Shown here in pieces: positions 15,477 through 24,814 of a stretch of 64,000 nt of DNA (the stretch's first letter is position 1; each line of letters opens with the position of its first letter). The stretch lies in the NCBI GenBank assembly GCA_963829705.1, contig CAWHJN010000001.1, positions 23,844 to 87,843 on the forward strand, given 5' to 3'. The position numbers and the translations under genes are program-made. Under the pieces are notes generated by a model. That model did no database searches. It saw nothing but the letters and a program-made list of their open reading frames with translations, and had not been told where the DNA came from. Origin of the DNA: Rhodothermales bacterium (lineage in GTDB: Bacteria; Bacteroidota; Rhodothermia; Rhodothermales; BA12).

Positions 15477-18416
15477 TCAGCCCCTGACCAGTTCTTCCTC
15501 CATCTCCTCCGAGCGCGGCTCGGCGCGGCGGCGACGCGGGCGTTCCTTGACCTCAAACGTCGCGGTGCCCGTGCCGCCGCCAGCGTCGACCTCGACGGTG
15601 TAGGTGCCGGGGACGAGGTAGACCGCGCCGTTGTCGGCCTTTTTGAATGTGCCTTTGTCCTGCATCTGTTCGAAGCGCGCTGTGTCGAAGGTGAGGTCGT
15701 ACGTCGCGTAGTTGAGGCCCTTGTCTACGTCGAGGGATTTCTCCGCGAGTAGCATTCCCGTGCTGTCTTTGACGCGGAGCGTGCCGCGCCCTTCTGCTGC
15801 GGCGTAGAACGGAATCGTCATCTCGGGTGCGACGGGCTCGCTCCACAGCGTGAAGGCCGTCCCCCACGATTCGTTGTGCATCACGTCGTCTAGGTCGAAC
15901 AGGTGGACGGCCTCGGCCATCAGCGTGGGCGTAAGCGCTTGCACGTGTTCTACGTCGGCCACGAAAATCGACCGTCCGTGCGTGCCGACGACGAGTTCCT
16001 TCTCGCGCGCCTGCACGCGCAAGTCGTGGACGGACACGCTCGGCAGATCGCGCATCATCGCCATGAACGTCGTCCCGCGATCCAGCGAGACGTACAGGCC
16101 GTGGTCGGTGCCGACGTAGAGCAGGTCTGCGTTGTCCGGGTCTTCGAGGATGACGTTGACGGGCTCTTTCGGCAGGTCGGTGCCGATGCGTGTCCACGTC
16201 TTCCCGTAATCGTCGGAGCGGTAGACGTGGGCATCCATGTAATCCCAGCGGTAGCCGTTGAGGCTCGCGTAGACGCGGCCCTCGGCGTGCTTCGACGCCT
16301 CGACGCGGCTCACCCACAGGTCGGAGGGCAGCGCGTCGGAGATGCGCGCCCACGTGTAGCCACCGTCGCGGCTGACGTGGATGAGGCCGTCGTCGCTGCC
16401 GGCGTAGAGCAGCCCGAAGCGCAGCGGCGATTCGTCGATGGAGGAGAGGGTGCCGTAGGGCACGTCGCCCGGCTTGCCGCCCTGCGTGAGGTCGTCCGAG
16501 AGCGTCTGGAACGTTTCGCCCTTGTCGAGCGAGCGGTGGAATTTGTTGGAGCCGAAGTAGAGTACGTCCTGGTTGTGGCGCGACAGGTGGATGGGTGCCT
16601 GCCAGTTGAAGCGCAGCGGACGCTCGCCCAGCACGTGCTGCGGGCGGACGCTTTCGCGCTCGCCCGTCGTGCCGTCGCGGCGGGTGTAGAAGCCGAACTG
16701 CGAGCCGAAATACGCCGTCCCGTCGCGGGTGTCCACCTCTACCTGCATCCCGTCGCCGCCGCCGAGGCGCTCGTACGGGTAGCGGCCGCTTTCGTACCAG
16801 CCGAGCGACGCCCGGTACGTGCGCGGGCCTTTCCAGACGCCGTTGTCCTGCAGGCCGCCGTAGACGTTGTAGGGTTCGGCGTTGTCCACGGCGATGGCGT
16901 AGAACTGGCCCACCGGTGGCGTATTGGCTTTGAACCACGTCTCGCCGTCGTCATAACTGACGTTGAGGCCGCCGTCGTTGCCGTTGACGAGGTGGCCGGG
17001 GCGCGTCGGGCTCACCCACAGCGCGTGGTGGTCGACGTGGACGTTGGCCCCGTTGATGTTCTTCCACGACGCGCCGCCGTCGCCGGAGCGCAGGATGGGC
17101 ACGCCCATGATGTAGATCTTCTGCGCGTCGAGCGGCGATACGCGGATGTCGCCGAAGTAGTAGCCGTAGGAGAAGTAAACGTTGTCGAGATAGTCGTCGT
17201 GCGTGCGCGCCCACGTCGCACCGCCGTCGGTGGAGCGGTAGACCTCGGCCCCGACGACGGGCGTGTCGAAAAGCGCGGCGTTGGCGTCTTCGAGGTAGTC
17301 GACGAGTGCACGCGGCGCGATCTCGCCCTTGCGGACCCGCTCGGTGATGGACTGCGCGGTGTAGGAGGCCGGGAATCCGTTTTCTTCGAGGTACGCTTCG
17401 ACATCCTCAAGGGTGAGCGCGAGGAACTGATCTTTCGTCATCACGAGGAGGGCGTCGCGCGTCAGGCCCTGCGTTTCGTCCTCGTCGGCTTCCTCGGGCC
17501 GGTGCGCCTGGTTGTCGATGAGCGCGTAGAGCGTGCCACTCTCGCTGTGCAGCGCCAGTCCGATGCGCCCGAGCGTCTCGCCGATGGGCAGGCCGCTGGC
17601 GGCGGTGCTGACGAGCGCCCACGTGTCGCCGCCGTCGGTGCTCTTGTAGATGCCTGACGCCGCGCCCGCCTCTACGAAGTCCCACGCCCGCCGCGTGCGC
17701 TCCCACGTGGCGGCGTAGAGCACGTCGGGATTCGTCTCGTCGACGACGAGATCGACAGCTCCCGTGTTGCCGTCGGTGGCGAGCGTCTGCGTCCACGACG
17801 CGCCGCCATCGGTGGTTTTGTAGACGCCTCGCTCGCCGCCCGGACTGTAGAGCGGACCCAGCGCCGCCACCCACGCCGTCTGCGGGTCGTTCGGGTGGAG
17901 CACGATGCGGCTCGTGTGCTGCGTGTCGCCGAGGCCGCGGTGCGTCCACGTCTTGCCGCTGTCGGCACTCGTGTAGAGGCCCACGCCCGCGTACGACGAC
18001 CGGGATGCGTTTTTCTCGCCCGTGCCCACCCACAGCTTTTCGCCATGCGCCCAGTCCACGGCGATGTCGCCGATGGTCATCACGGCCTCCTCGTCGAAGA
18101 CGGGCGTGAACGACTGCCCGTTGGTGCGCGTCACCCACAGCCCGCCCGAGGCGTAGGCGACGTAGAAGTGCGTGGGATCGAAAGGCGACACGTCCATGTC
18201 CACCACGCGCCCACTCATCACCGTCGGGCCGATGTTGTCGAAGGGCACGTTTTTGACGAGCGAGGCGCGTTGGAGCGCCTGCCGCTGTGCCGCTGCCTCC
18301 ATGCGTTCGATGGCGGGTGTGCGCGGGTACGGGTTGGGCGCGAGCGCATCGACCTCCTGCGCCCGGACGGCGGGGACGAGCGTGAGGGCGAGCAGCAGCA
18401 GGAGCGAGCGGAGCAT
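15477..18416 (-). CDS. Secreted BNR/Asp-box repeat protein (sortilin/VPS10-like beta-propeller)
   Basis: Signal peptide MLRSLLLLLALTLVPAVRAQ and about nine Asp-box repeats (SADSGKTW, TTDGGASW, STDGGDTW, STDGGATW, SGDGGASW, SYDDGETW, SRDGGYTW, SDDYGKTW). Start at the internal Met (18416) of ORF 15477..18464. Confidence 0.8.
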   Translation of the reverse strand: MLRSLLLLLALTLVPAVRAQEVDALAPNPYPRTPAIERMEAAAQRQALQRASLVKNVPFDNIGPTVMSGRVVDMDVSPFDPTHFYVAYASGGLWVTRTNGQSFTPVFDEEAVMTIGDIAVDWAHGEKLWVGTGEKNASRSSYAGVGLYTSADSGKTWTHRGLGDTQHTSRIVLHPNDPQTAWVAALGPLYSPGGERGVYKTTDGGASWTQTLATDGNTGAVDLVVDETNPDVLYAATWERTRRAWDFVEAGAASGIYKSTDGGDTWALVSTAASGLPIGETLGRIGLALHSESGTLYALIDNQAHRPEEADEDETQGLTRDALLVMTKDQFLALTLEDVEAYLEENGFPASYTAQSITERVRKGEIAPRALVDYLEDANAALFDTPVVGAEVYRSTDGGATWARTHDDYLDNVYFSYGYYFGDIRVSPLDAQKIYIMGVPILRSGDGGASWKNINGANVHVDHHALWVSPTRPGHLVNGNDGGLNVSYDDGETWFKANTPPVGQFYAIAVDNAEPYNVYGGLQDNGVWKGPRTYRASLGWYESGRYPYERLGGGDGMQVEVDTRDGTAYFGSQFGFYTRRDGTTGERESVRPQHVLGERPLRFNWQAPIHLSRHNQDVLYFGSNKFHRSLDKGETFQTLSDDLTQGGKPGDVPYGTLSSIDESPLRFGLLYAGSDDGLIHVSRDGGYTWARISDALPSDLWVSRVEASKHAEGRVYASLNGYRWDYMDAHVYRSDDYGKTWTRIGTDLPKEPVNVILEDPDNADLLYVGTDHGLYVSLDRGTTFMAMMRDLPSVSVHDLRVQAREKELVVGTHGRSIFVADVEHVQALTPTLMAEAVHLFDLDDVMHNESWGTAFTLWSEPVAPEMTIPFYAAAEGRGTLRVKDSTGMLLAEKSLDVDKGLNYATYDLTFDTARFEQMQDKGTFKKADNGAVYLVPGTYTVEVDAGGGTGTATFEVKERPRRRRAEPRSEEMEEELVRG

Positions 18417-18593
18417 GAGGTAGACGCGGATGGTGACGGAGATGCCTCGAAAATAGGGCGGCACGCAGGTCCCGGCGCACCGCGTCAGAGGCGATGTGGT
18501 TTTTCCGGCTCATTACAGGCGCGCAAGGAGGCGCCGCTCGTTCTGCGCGTAGGTTGGGCTGTTCTGTGCCACCTCCGCTCTGTAATCCCATCG

Positions 18594-19034
18594 ATGGAAA
18601 CTGCTCCTTCCCCCGACGCCGACCTCAGCAAAAAACAGCGCTCTGCCTTTCGCACGGCTCGCAAAAGCGCGGCGCTGCTGCTCAAGAGCCGCTACCGCTC
18701 GCTCTTCCTCGTCCGCGAGGCGTACCAGAAGCTCGTCAAGCACGAGGGGGGGATGCGAGGCGTGTGGGGCGAAGTGCGGATGCTCATCCGGCTCGTGCGG
18801 GCGTGGGCGCGGCGCGACTACACGGCCATCCCGTGGAAACCGCTCCTCTACGCCACCGCCGCGCTCGTCTACTTCGTCAGCCCCTTCGACATGATCCCGG
18901 ACCTGCTGCCTGGCCTCGGCTTCGTGGACGACGTGGCCGTGGTGGGGGCCGTCGTGCGGGCCATCCAGAACGAGTTGACGCTTTTCGAGGCGTGGGAATC
19001 GGGCCGCGCGGCCCTCTCTGATCCTTCCGCATGA
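18594..19034 (+). CDS. DUF1232 (YkvA-like) membrane protein, second copy
   Basis: VSPFDMIPDLLPGLGFVDDVAVVGAVV. Start METAPSPD at 18594 within the long overprinted ORF 17895..19034. The stop overlaps the next start (ATGA). Confidence 0.75.
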   Translation: METAPSPDADLSKKQRSAFRTARKSAALLLKSRYRSLFLVREAYQKLVKHEGGMRGVWGEVRMLIRLVRAWARRDYTAIPWKPLLYATAALVYFVSPFDMIPDLLPGLGFVDDVAVVGAVVRAIQNELTLFEAWESGRAALSDPSA

Positions 19035-19873
19035 CGCGCTTCTTGTTGCTGCTCGTCCTGTTCACCTTCGGATGCGCGCCCGCGCAGGCCCAGAAGCCGC
19101 GTGCCTACGAAGCGTCGCTGACGCGCCTGCTCGGCGGTGTCCTCACCGAAAGCGGAGCCGTCCACTACGACCGCCTCGCCACCGGCCCGCAGCGCGCCCG
19201 GCTCGACAGCCTCCTGGCCGTCCTCGAAACCTATCCGCTCGGCACGCTCACCACCGATGCGGCGAAAAAGGCGTTCTGGATCAACGCCTACAACGCGCTG
19301 ATGCTCGATGCCGTGGCGCGGCAGAGCGGTCGAACCGATGTGCTCGGCTCCGACGAGGGCGCGGTGTTTTTCAAGACTGCCAGAAACGTCGGCGGCCTTC
19401 GCGTCACGCTCGACCAGATCGAGAACGTCATCTTGCGGAGGCAGGAGGGACCGGCAGAGGTGGTGGCGCACCGCGTGGAACGCCTCGACCCGCGCATCCA
19501 CGTGGCGCTCAACTGTGCGGCGGTGTCGTGCCCGCGGCTGCGGCCGGTGGCGCTCACGCCCGCCAACCTCGACGCCCAACTCGACGCGGGCATGAAGGCG
19601 TTCGCCGACAGTCCGAAGCACTTCGACGTGGAAGGCGGCGCCGTCCGGGTTTCGTCGCTGCTGGACTGGTTCGGCGCGGACTTCGATCGCCGTGCGCCCG
19701 CCGGTTCGTACGTCGTCCGCTTCATGTCGCCCGACCGGCCCGGTTACGCAGTGCTGCGCGATGCGCTCGACGGGAAATCGGCGGAGCAAATCCGCGCCAT
19801 GAGTACCGGCGCGCGCCCTGGCGTGGTGTATTTCTACGACTGGGCCCTCAATAGGGCGTCACGAAATCGTTGA
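19031..19873 (+). CDS. DUF547 domain protein (secreted)
   Basis: Signal-like N-terminus MTRFLLLLVLFTFGCAPAQA, plus AFWINAYNALML and HVALNCAAVSCPRLR, which are typical of DUF547. Confidence 0.8.
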   Translation: MTRFLLLLVLFTFGCAPAQAQKPRAYEASLTRLLGGVLTESGAVHYDRLATGPQRARLDSLLAVLETYPLGTLTTDAAKKAFWINAYNALMLDAVARQSGRTDVLGSDEGAVFFKTARNVGGLRVTLDQIENVILRRQEGPAEVVAHRVERLDPRIHVALNCAAVSCPRLRPVALTPANLDAQLDAGMKAFADSPKHFDVEGGAVRVSSLLDWFGADFDRRAPAGSYVVRFMSPDRPGYAVLRDALDGKSAEQIRAMSTGARPGVVYFYDWALNRASRNR

Positions 19874-19987
19874 GCTTTGCGTACGGGTTCGTCACTTGGG
19901 GGCATACGCAGATGCCCTTCGTGTTGTGTACACTTGATCAACGGTGCGTGTAAAGCGCATTCCTATCCCTCAAACTGAGATACTATC

Positions 19988-20134
19988 ATGCTCTGGACGA
20001 TCATCATCATCCTCCTCGTTCTCTGGCTGCTCGGCTTTACCGTGTTCAACCTCGGGTCGATCATCCACATCTTGCTGGTGATTGCGGTCATCGTGCTCGT
20101 CGTGCGCCTCATTCAGGGCCGCAAAGTCATCTGA
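19988..20134 (+). CDS. Small membrane protein, lmo0937-like family (48 aa)
   Basis: Below the ORF-track size cutoff. Hand translation gives MLWTIIIILLVLWLLGFTVFNLGSIIHILLVIAVIVLVVRLIQGRKVI*, which matches the family pattern as I remember it. Confidence 0.6.
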   Translation: MLWTIIIILLVLWLLGFTVFNLGSIIHILLVIAVIVLVVRLIQGRKVI

Positions 20135-20166
20135 GCCTGCTCTTCCCATCTAACCCCTTTACGGTT

Positions 20167-20847
20167 ATGAAACGCAAAATATTAAGCCCGCTGTTATGCG
20201 GGATGCTGCTGCTCTCGGCGTGTGTCGAGCGCACGGAGCCGGAAGCCGTCGACTTCAACCTCGAGCAGGAAAGTGCCGAGGTGCGTGCCGACGCGGAGCG
20301 CTCGCTCCAGGCCTTCGACGCCGAGATGGAGCAGCTTCAGGCCCGCATGGCCGATGCCTCCGACGAAGCCCGCGCCGAGATGGAGCAGGAGATGGCCGAA
20401 CTCCGCACCAAACGCGACGCGCTCGCCCAGGACCTCAACGAACTGGGCAACGCGACGGCGGAGAACTTCGAAGACCTCCGCACACGGCTCCACCGCGAAG
20501 CCGCTGAACTCGACGAGGAGGTCGACCAGATGCGCTATGAAGCGGCGCAGACGAAGGAAGAGTTCGAGCAGGCCGCCAACGCCCGCATGACCGAGATCGA
20601 CCGTGAGATCGACGAGATGCAGGCCGAAGCCGCCAACGCCTCGGAAGAGATGAAAGCCGAGTACGACGCGTCCGTCGCCGAGCTTCGCCAGGAGCGCGAG
20701 GAACTGGGCAACCGCCTCGCCGAACTGGGCGACAAGACCGAGGCGGAGTTCGTGGAGATGCGCGGCGAACTCGCCGACAGCTTCGCTGCATTTGGCGCGA
20801 AAGTCCGGACGGCCACCAACAAGATGGCCAACGACCTGCGCGACTGA
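20167..20847 (+). CDS. Acidic coiled-coil lipoprotein (hypothetical)
   Basis: Lipobox LLLSAC. The remainder is a Glu/Ala/Met-rich heptad-like repeat (EMEQLQARMADASDEARAEMEQEMAELRTKRDAL...). Confidence 0.6.
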   Translation: MKRKILSPLLCGMLLLSACVERTEPEAVDFNLEQESAEVRADAERSLQAFDAEMEQLQARMADASDEARAEMEQEMAELRTKRDALAQDLNELGNATAENFEDLRTRLHREAAELDEEVDQMRYEAAQTKEEFEQAANARMTEIDREIDEMQAEAANASEEMKAEYDASVAELRQEREELGNRLAELGDKTEAEFVEMRGELADSFAAFGAKVRTATNKMANDLRD

Positions 20848-20912
20848 ACTTTTTCAATGCTGCAACGGTGGGAGAGGGGTCCGAGACTCCTCTCCCTTTT
20901 TCTTGTACTGCC

Positions 20913-21380
20913 ATGAACAAGATCCTGCTCGCCCTCGACCTCCACGAACCTCCCTCGATGACGCGCGCCGTCGAAACGATGGCGCAGTCGCTTGGCGCGT
21001 CGCTCGACGCCGTCCACGTCATTCAGCCGCCCGACGTGGTGCCTTTCACGGGCTACGAAGGCCTCATCGGGCTTGAAGGTCTACCGTACACGGCCTACGA
21101 CCCGGCCGTCGCGCGCGAGCGCGACGAAGCGGAAACCGATGCGTTCGAGCGCTTTCTGCTCAGTCACTTCCAGCATCCCATCCGCCACGCCATCCGCCGG
21201 GGCGACCCTGCCATCGTGATCCTCGAAGAAGCTCGCGCCCTCGACGCCGACCTCGTCGTGATGGGAAAGCGCAGGCACGGCCTCGTCGAGCGCCTGTTCG
21301 TGGGGAGCGTGGCGTCAGCGGTGCTGAAAGACTGCAAGCGCCCCGTCCTGCTCTACCCCCTCACGGACGACGGCGGGTGA
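20913..21380 (+). CDS. Universal stress protein (UspA family)
   Basis: MNKILLALDL..., DLVVMGKRRHGLVERLFVGSVASAVLKDCKRPVLL. Start at the internal ATG 20913. Confidence 0.8.
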   Translation: MNKILLALDLHEPPSMTRAVETMAQSLGASLDAVHVIQPPDVVPFTGYEGLIGLEGLPYTAYDPAVARERDEAETDAFERFLLSHFQHPIRHAIRRGDPAIVILEEARALDADLVVMGKRRHGLVERLFVGSVASAVLKDCKRPVLLYPLTDDGG

Positions 21381-23339
21381 CGCGGCCCCTGCGCCCTGGT
21401 CGAGGAACGCCACGAACGTTTCGAGGCTCGCCACGCCGCTGTGCTGCGCCACGAGCGTGCCCGCCTGCACGTCGAGGATCGCGTACGTGGGCAGCGCCAC
21501 CGTGCCCGTCTGCTCCAGCTGGTAGCGGCTGAGGGTTTCTCCTTCCTCCAGGTCGTCGGTGTAGAGGCGGGCGAGCACAAAGTCGCGGGTGAAGCGCGTC
21601 TGCACCTCGGGCTGCGTGAACACGGTGGACTCCATGAAGCGGCAGTTGGAGCATGTATAGCCGGTGAAGTCGATGAACAGCGGTTTGCCCGTTTGCCGCG
21701 CCTCGGCGCGGGCGTCGGCGAGGCCCTGCACGCCCTCGTGCCACGCCTCGGCGGGCTGCGGCGCAGTTGCGCTAGCGGCGTTGAGGGTGAAGTCGGTCGC
21801 GCGACGCGGCGGCAGGTAGGCGTCGAAGGTCCCCAGCGACGCGCCGAAGAGGCCGGGCAAGAGGTAGAGCGACACGCCGAAGAACAGCACCGCCGTCAGC
21901 AGCCGCCCCACGCCCATCTGCGGGGCGAGTTCGACGTTGCGGAGCGGCAGCTTGCCCAGCAGGTACAACCCGCACAGCGCGAACAGCACCACCGACGCTG
22001 CGATGGTGACCGGGCGCGTGAAGATTCCCCAGCCCCACAGCAGATCGGCCTGCGACAGGAATTTGAGCGCCGCCGCCAGTTCGACAAATCCGAGCGTCAC
22101 CTTGAAGGCGTTCATCCACGCACCCGAGCGCGGCAGCGACTGAAGCGCCCGCGGGAACAGCGCGAACAGCACGAACGGCAGTGCAAACGTCACGCTGAAA
22201 ACGAGCATCCCGACGATGGGCTGGAACCACGTGCCTTGCACCGTCGCCGCCAGCAGCCCGCCCACGAACGGGACGGTACACGAAAACGACACGAGCGTGA
22301 GCGTGAAGCCCATGAACGCCACGCCCACGAGTCCCCCGCGCCGCTCCTCGCGGCTGAACCGGTTGACGAGTGCATTCGGCAGTTCGAGTTCGAAGAGCCC
22401 CAGCAGCGACAGCGCGAACACGACGAAGGCGACGCCGATGAACAGGTTGACGTACGGGTTGGCCGCCACCTGCTGCGCGCCCGTCGCGCCCAGCAGCAGC
22501 GCCATCAGCACGCCCAGCCCGGTGAACGTCCCCACGATCGAAAGACCGTAAAAAAGACTCATCCGCACGGCCTCGCCGCGGCTGTGGCTGTGGCGGGTGA
22601 AGTACGAGACGGTGAGCGGGATCATCGGAAACACGCACGGCATGAGCAGCGCGCCCAGCCCCGAGATCAGCGCGAGCAGCAGGAATCCGCTCATCCCGCC
22701 CGCATCGGCTTGGGCAGCGGGGACGGCCGCTGGGGTTGCGATGACTTCTTCTTCGCCGGCCGTCGGCGTCTGGTCGGGGAGGGCCGCGTCGCCGCGTGTG
22801 AAGTCTGGCACTGCGCCGCTGGTCGCGGGCATTCCGGCAGTTGGCGAGGCGTCGAGGTTTTTCAGCCACGCCTGCACATCTGTGCCCTGCCACGCGGCTT
22901 GGAGCGTGTGGGGCGTGGGGGGCAGGCAGATGGACTTGTCGCAGATGGTGAAGCGCAGCGCGACCTCCACCGGCTCCATGCCCGGACCCCCGCCGGAGAT
23001 CGGAGCCTGAAAGACGGCTTCTTCCCGAAACAGCCGCACGGTGACGCCGAGGATAGGGTCAGGCTCGCTGCGCGGCGTCTGCTGCGCGAAGGTGCCCACG
23101 GTGACGCCCGGCGGCGCGACCGCCGAAAGCAGCAGCGGCGGGCTGGGCGGCGGCGTGTCGAGCGCGTAGAGCTTCCACCCCTCGCCGATGGTCGCGTGGA
23201 CGGCCACAACGGTGTCGCCCGCGGCGCTGACGCCCACAGCAGCCTGCCAGGCTACGTGGTCGAGGGCGGGCCTGGGCATCTGCGCCTGCACCGCCGTGGG
23301 GGCGAGGAGCACCAGAAGCAGCAGCAGGCGAGTGGGCAT
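21315..23339 (-). CDS. dsbD: Thiol:disulfide interchange protein DsbD-like (alpha domain + CcdA-type TM core + thioredoxin domain)
   Basis: Signal peptide MPTRLLLLLVLLAPTAVQAQ, alpha-domain TICDKSICLPP, TM core with CVFPMIPL and SFSCTVPF, and a C-terminal thioredoxin FIDFTGYTCSNCRFME. Confidence 0.85.
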   Translation of the reverse strand: MPTRLLLLLVLLAPTAVQAQMPRPALDHVAWQAAVGVSAAGDTVVAVHATIGEGWKLYALDTPPPSPPLLLSAVAPPGVTVGTFAQQTPRSEPDPILGVTVRLFREEAVFQAPISGGGPGMEPVEVALRFTICDKSICLPPTPHTLQAAWQGTDVQAWLKNLDASPTAGMPATSGAVPDFTRGDAALPDQTPTAGEEEVIATPAAVPAAQADAGGMSGFLLLALISGLGALLMPCVFPMIPLTVSYFTRHSHSRGEAVRMSLFYGLSIVGTFTGLGVLMALLLGATGAQQVAANPYVNLFIGVAFVVFALSLLGLFELELPNALVNRFSREERRGGLVGVAFMGFTLTLVSFSCTVPFVGGLLAATVQGTWFQPIVGMLVFSVTFALPFVLFALFPRALQSLPRSGAWMNAFKVTLGFVELAAALKFLSQADLLWGWGIFTRPVTIAASVVLFALCGLYLLGKLPLRNVELAPQMGVGRLLTAVLFFGVSLYLLPGLFGASLGTFDAYLPPRRATDFTLNAASATAPQPAEAWHEGVQGLADARAEARQTGKPLFIDFTGYTCSNCRFMESTVFTQPEVQTRFTRDFVLARLYTDDLEEGETLSRYQLEQTGTVALPTYAILDVQAGTLVAQHSGVASLETFVAFLDQGAGAASPAVVREGVEQDGALAVFQHR

Positions 23340-23344
23340 GATCC

Positions 23345-23380
23345 AAAAAAAGCGGGCGTCCGTGTACAACGAACGCCCGC
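23345..23380 (-). terminator. Intrinsic terminator after rplI (GCGGGCGT-N13-ACGCCCGC + T7)
   Basis: 8-bp GC stem at 23352-23359 / 23373-23380. The A7 run at 23345-23351 on the plus strand reads as T7 on the minus strand. Confidence 0.7.
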
Positions 23381-23404
23381 TTTCTCTGTTGCTCGAAGAA
23401 TCGA

Positions 23405-23860
23405 TCAGAGCGATTCGCTCTCCGACACGACCTTCACCTTGAACTGGCCGGTCACGTCCTTGTGGAGCTTCACCGTCGCGCTGTAAACGCCCGTGGTGCG
23501 GATCTCCTCGTCGAGTTCGATGCGGCGGCGGTCGAGGTCGAAGCCCATCTGCGCGAGCGCGTCGGCGAGTTGGGTGACGGTGACGGTGCCGAAGATGCGG
23601 TTCTCCTCACCCGTGCGGGCGGGGATGATGACCTCGACGTTCTCGAGCTGAGCGGCGACGCGCTTGGCGCTGTCGGCGGCGGCGGCGAGCTTGCGCGAGG
23701 CCTGACGCTGCTCCTCCTCGACGGCCCGCAGCGTGCCTGCCGTGGCCAGGCGGGCCATGCCGCGCGGGATGAGGAAGTTGCGGGCGTAGCCGTCCTTGAC
23801 GGTCACCACGTCGCCCACGTCGCCGAGCTTGTCGTGCTCCTGAAGCAGGATGACTTTCAT
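23405..23860 (-). CDS. rplI: 50S ribosomal protein L9
   Basis: MKVILLQEHDKLGDVGDVVTVKDGYARNFLIPRGMA. Full length, 151 aa. Confidence 0.95.
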   Translation of the reverse strand: MKVILLQEHDKLGDVGDVVTVKDGYARNFLIPRGMARLATAGTLRAVEEEQRQASRKLAAAADSAKRVAAQLENVEVIIPARTGEENRIFGTVTVTQLADALAQMGFDLDRRRIELDEEIRTTGVYSATVKLHKDVTGQFKVKVVSESESL

Positions 23861-23921
23861 GTGTGTATGCGTTGCGCCGCCTGCCGGTTGAGCGGCCCGG
23901 CGGCAGAAAAAAGTCGGTGGA

Positions 23922-24173
23922 TTACTTGACCATGTCGGCCACGAAGGGCAGCAGCGCCATGTGGCGCGCGCGCTTCACGGCACGGGTGACCTGGCGCTGG
24001 ATGTTGGCCGATACGCCCGTCACACGACGGGGCAGCAGCTTGCCTTGCTCGTTGAGGAAACGCTTGAGCAGATCCACATCTTTGTAGTCCACGTAATCGA
24101 TGCCCGTGACGTCGACGAAGTTCTGTTCGTTGATGACGGGCTGCCGGTTCTGCCGGCGGGTGGCGCGTGCCAT
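23922..24173 (-). CDS. rpsR: 30S ribosomal protein S18
   Basis: [53 protein letters not shown]. Confidence 0.95.
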   Translation of the reverse strand: MARATRRQNRQPVINEQNFVDVTGIDYVDYKDVDLLKRFLNEQGKLLPRRVTGVSANIQRQVTRAVKRARHMALLPFVADMVK

Positions 24174-24204
24174 ATCAGGAATGCGGTAGTGTCGTGAGGA
24201 AAAA

Positions 24205-24564
24205 TCAGGCGTCGGCCTTGGGCTGCGCGGCTTCGGTGCGGCGCTTCTCGAAGCTGCGGATCATCTTGGCGTCGAGGCGCAGCGTCATGTAGCGCAGCAC
24301 GTCGTCCTCGATCTCGAGCGCGCGCTCGAGGCGCGGAATGAGCGCGCCGGGGGCGTGGAGGTACACGTTGAAGTAGTAGCCGTTGCGCTTTTTGCTGATC
24401 GGGTAGGCCAGCCGGCGGCTGCCCCAGGCTTCGCTGTGCAGAATCTTGCCGCCGTTCTCCTCGATATAGGACTGGTAACGGTCGGACAGTTCTTTGACCT
24501 GGTCCTCGTTGAGAACCGCGTTGACGATGTACGTCAACTCGTAGGTAGGTAGGGTTTCAGGCAT
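24205..24564 (-). CDS. rpsF: 30S ribosomal protein S6
   Basis: [49 protein letters not shown]. Confidence 0.95.
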   Translation of the reverse strand: MPETLPTYELTYIVNAVLNEDQVKELSDRYQSYIEENGGKILHSEAWGSRRLAYPISKKRNGYYFNVYLHAPGALIPRLERALEIEDDVLRYMTLRLDAKMIRSFEKRRTEAAQPKADA

Positions 24565-24583
24565 AGTGCTCCCTGTGGTTGAG

Positions 24584-24618
24584 AAAAAAAGCAGCCCTCG
24601 CCCGGAAAGAGCGAGAGC
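24584..24618 (-). promoter_or_regulatory. Terminator-like hairpin + T7 inside the rpsF 5' leader (candidate attenuator)
   Basis: Minus strand reads GCTCTCGC-TCTTTCCGG-GCGAGGGC-TGC-TTTTTTT. It ends 19 nt before the rpsF ATG, with GGGAG between them. Confidence 0.45.
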
Positions 24619-24770
24619 AGGGAATAGCCGCTAAAGGTACGCACCGGCGCTCCCGCCCCCGAGGCGCAGACGCGGATTAACGGGCTTTACATATGGACGC
24701 GCACCCCGCGAGCCTCGCGTGCGGATCCCTCCTCGACGGCGGCACGCTGGAAATGCGAGCCCCTGAACGC

Positions 24771-24802
24771 AAAAACCCGGCAGGCTTCGAAAACCTGCCG
24801 GG
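24771..24802 (-). terminator. Intrinsic terminator after tRNA-Met (CCCGGCAGG-N9-CCTGCCGGG + T5)
   Basis: Perfect 9-bp stem at 24776-24784 / 24794-24802, followed on the minus strand by TTTTT. Confidence 0.7.
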
Positions 24803-24814
24803 TCTGCCAGTGCG

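Noticed and set aside
15553-17657. ORFs 15903..17657(+) and 15553..16938(-), 584 and 461 aa, inside the BNR-repeat gene
   Set aside because: These are alternative or antisense frames of a gene with nine clear Asp-box repeats. Their products are Arg/Ala/Pro low-complexity sequences with no motifs.
21315-21380. 66-bp convergent overlap of the usp and dsbD 3' ends as a possible antisense regulatory arrangement
   Set aside because: Both ORF ends are low-information tails. An overlap of this size between convergent genes is common in compact high-GC genomes, and no structure was seen.
21441-23486. 681-aa + strand ORF opposite the dsbD-like gene
   Set aside because: It is antisense to a gene with a clear domain architecture, and its translation is Arg/Glu/Gly-rich nonsense.
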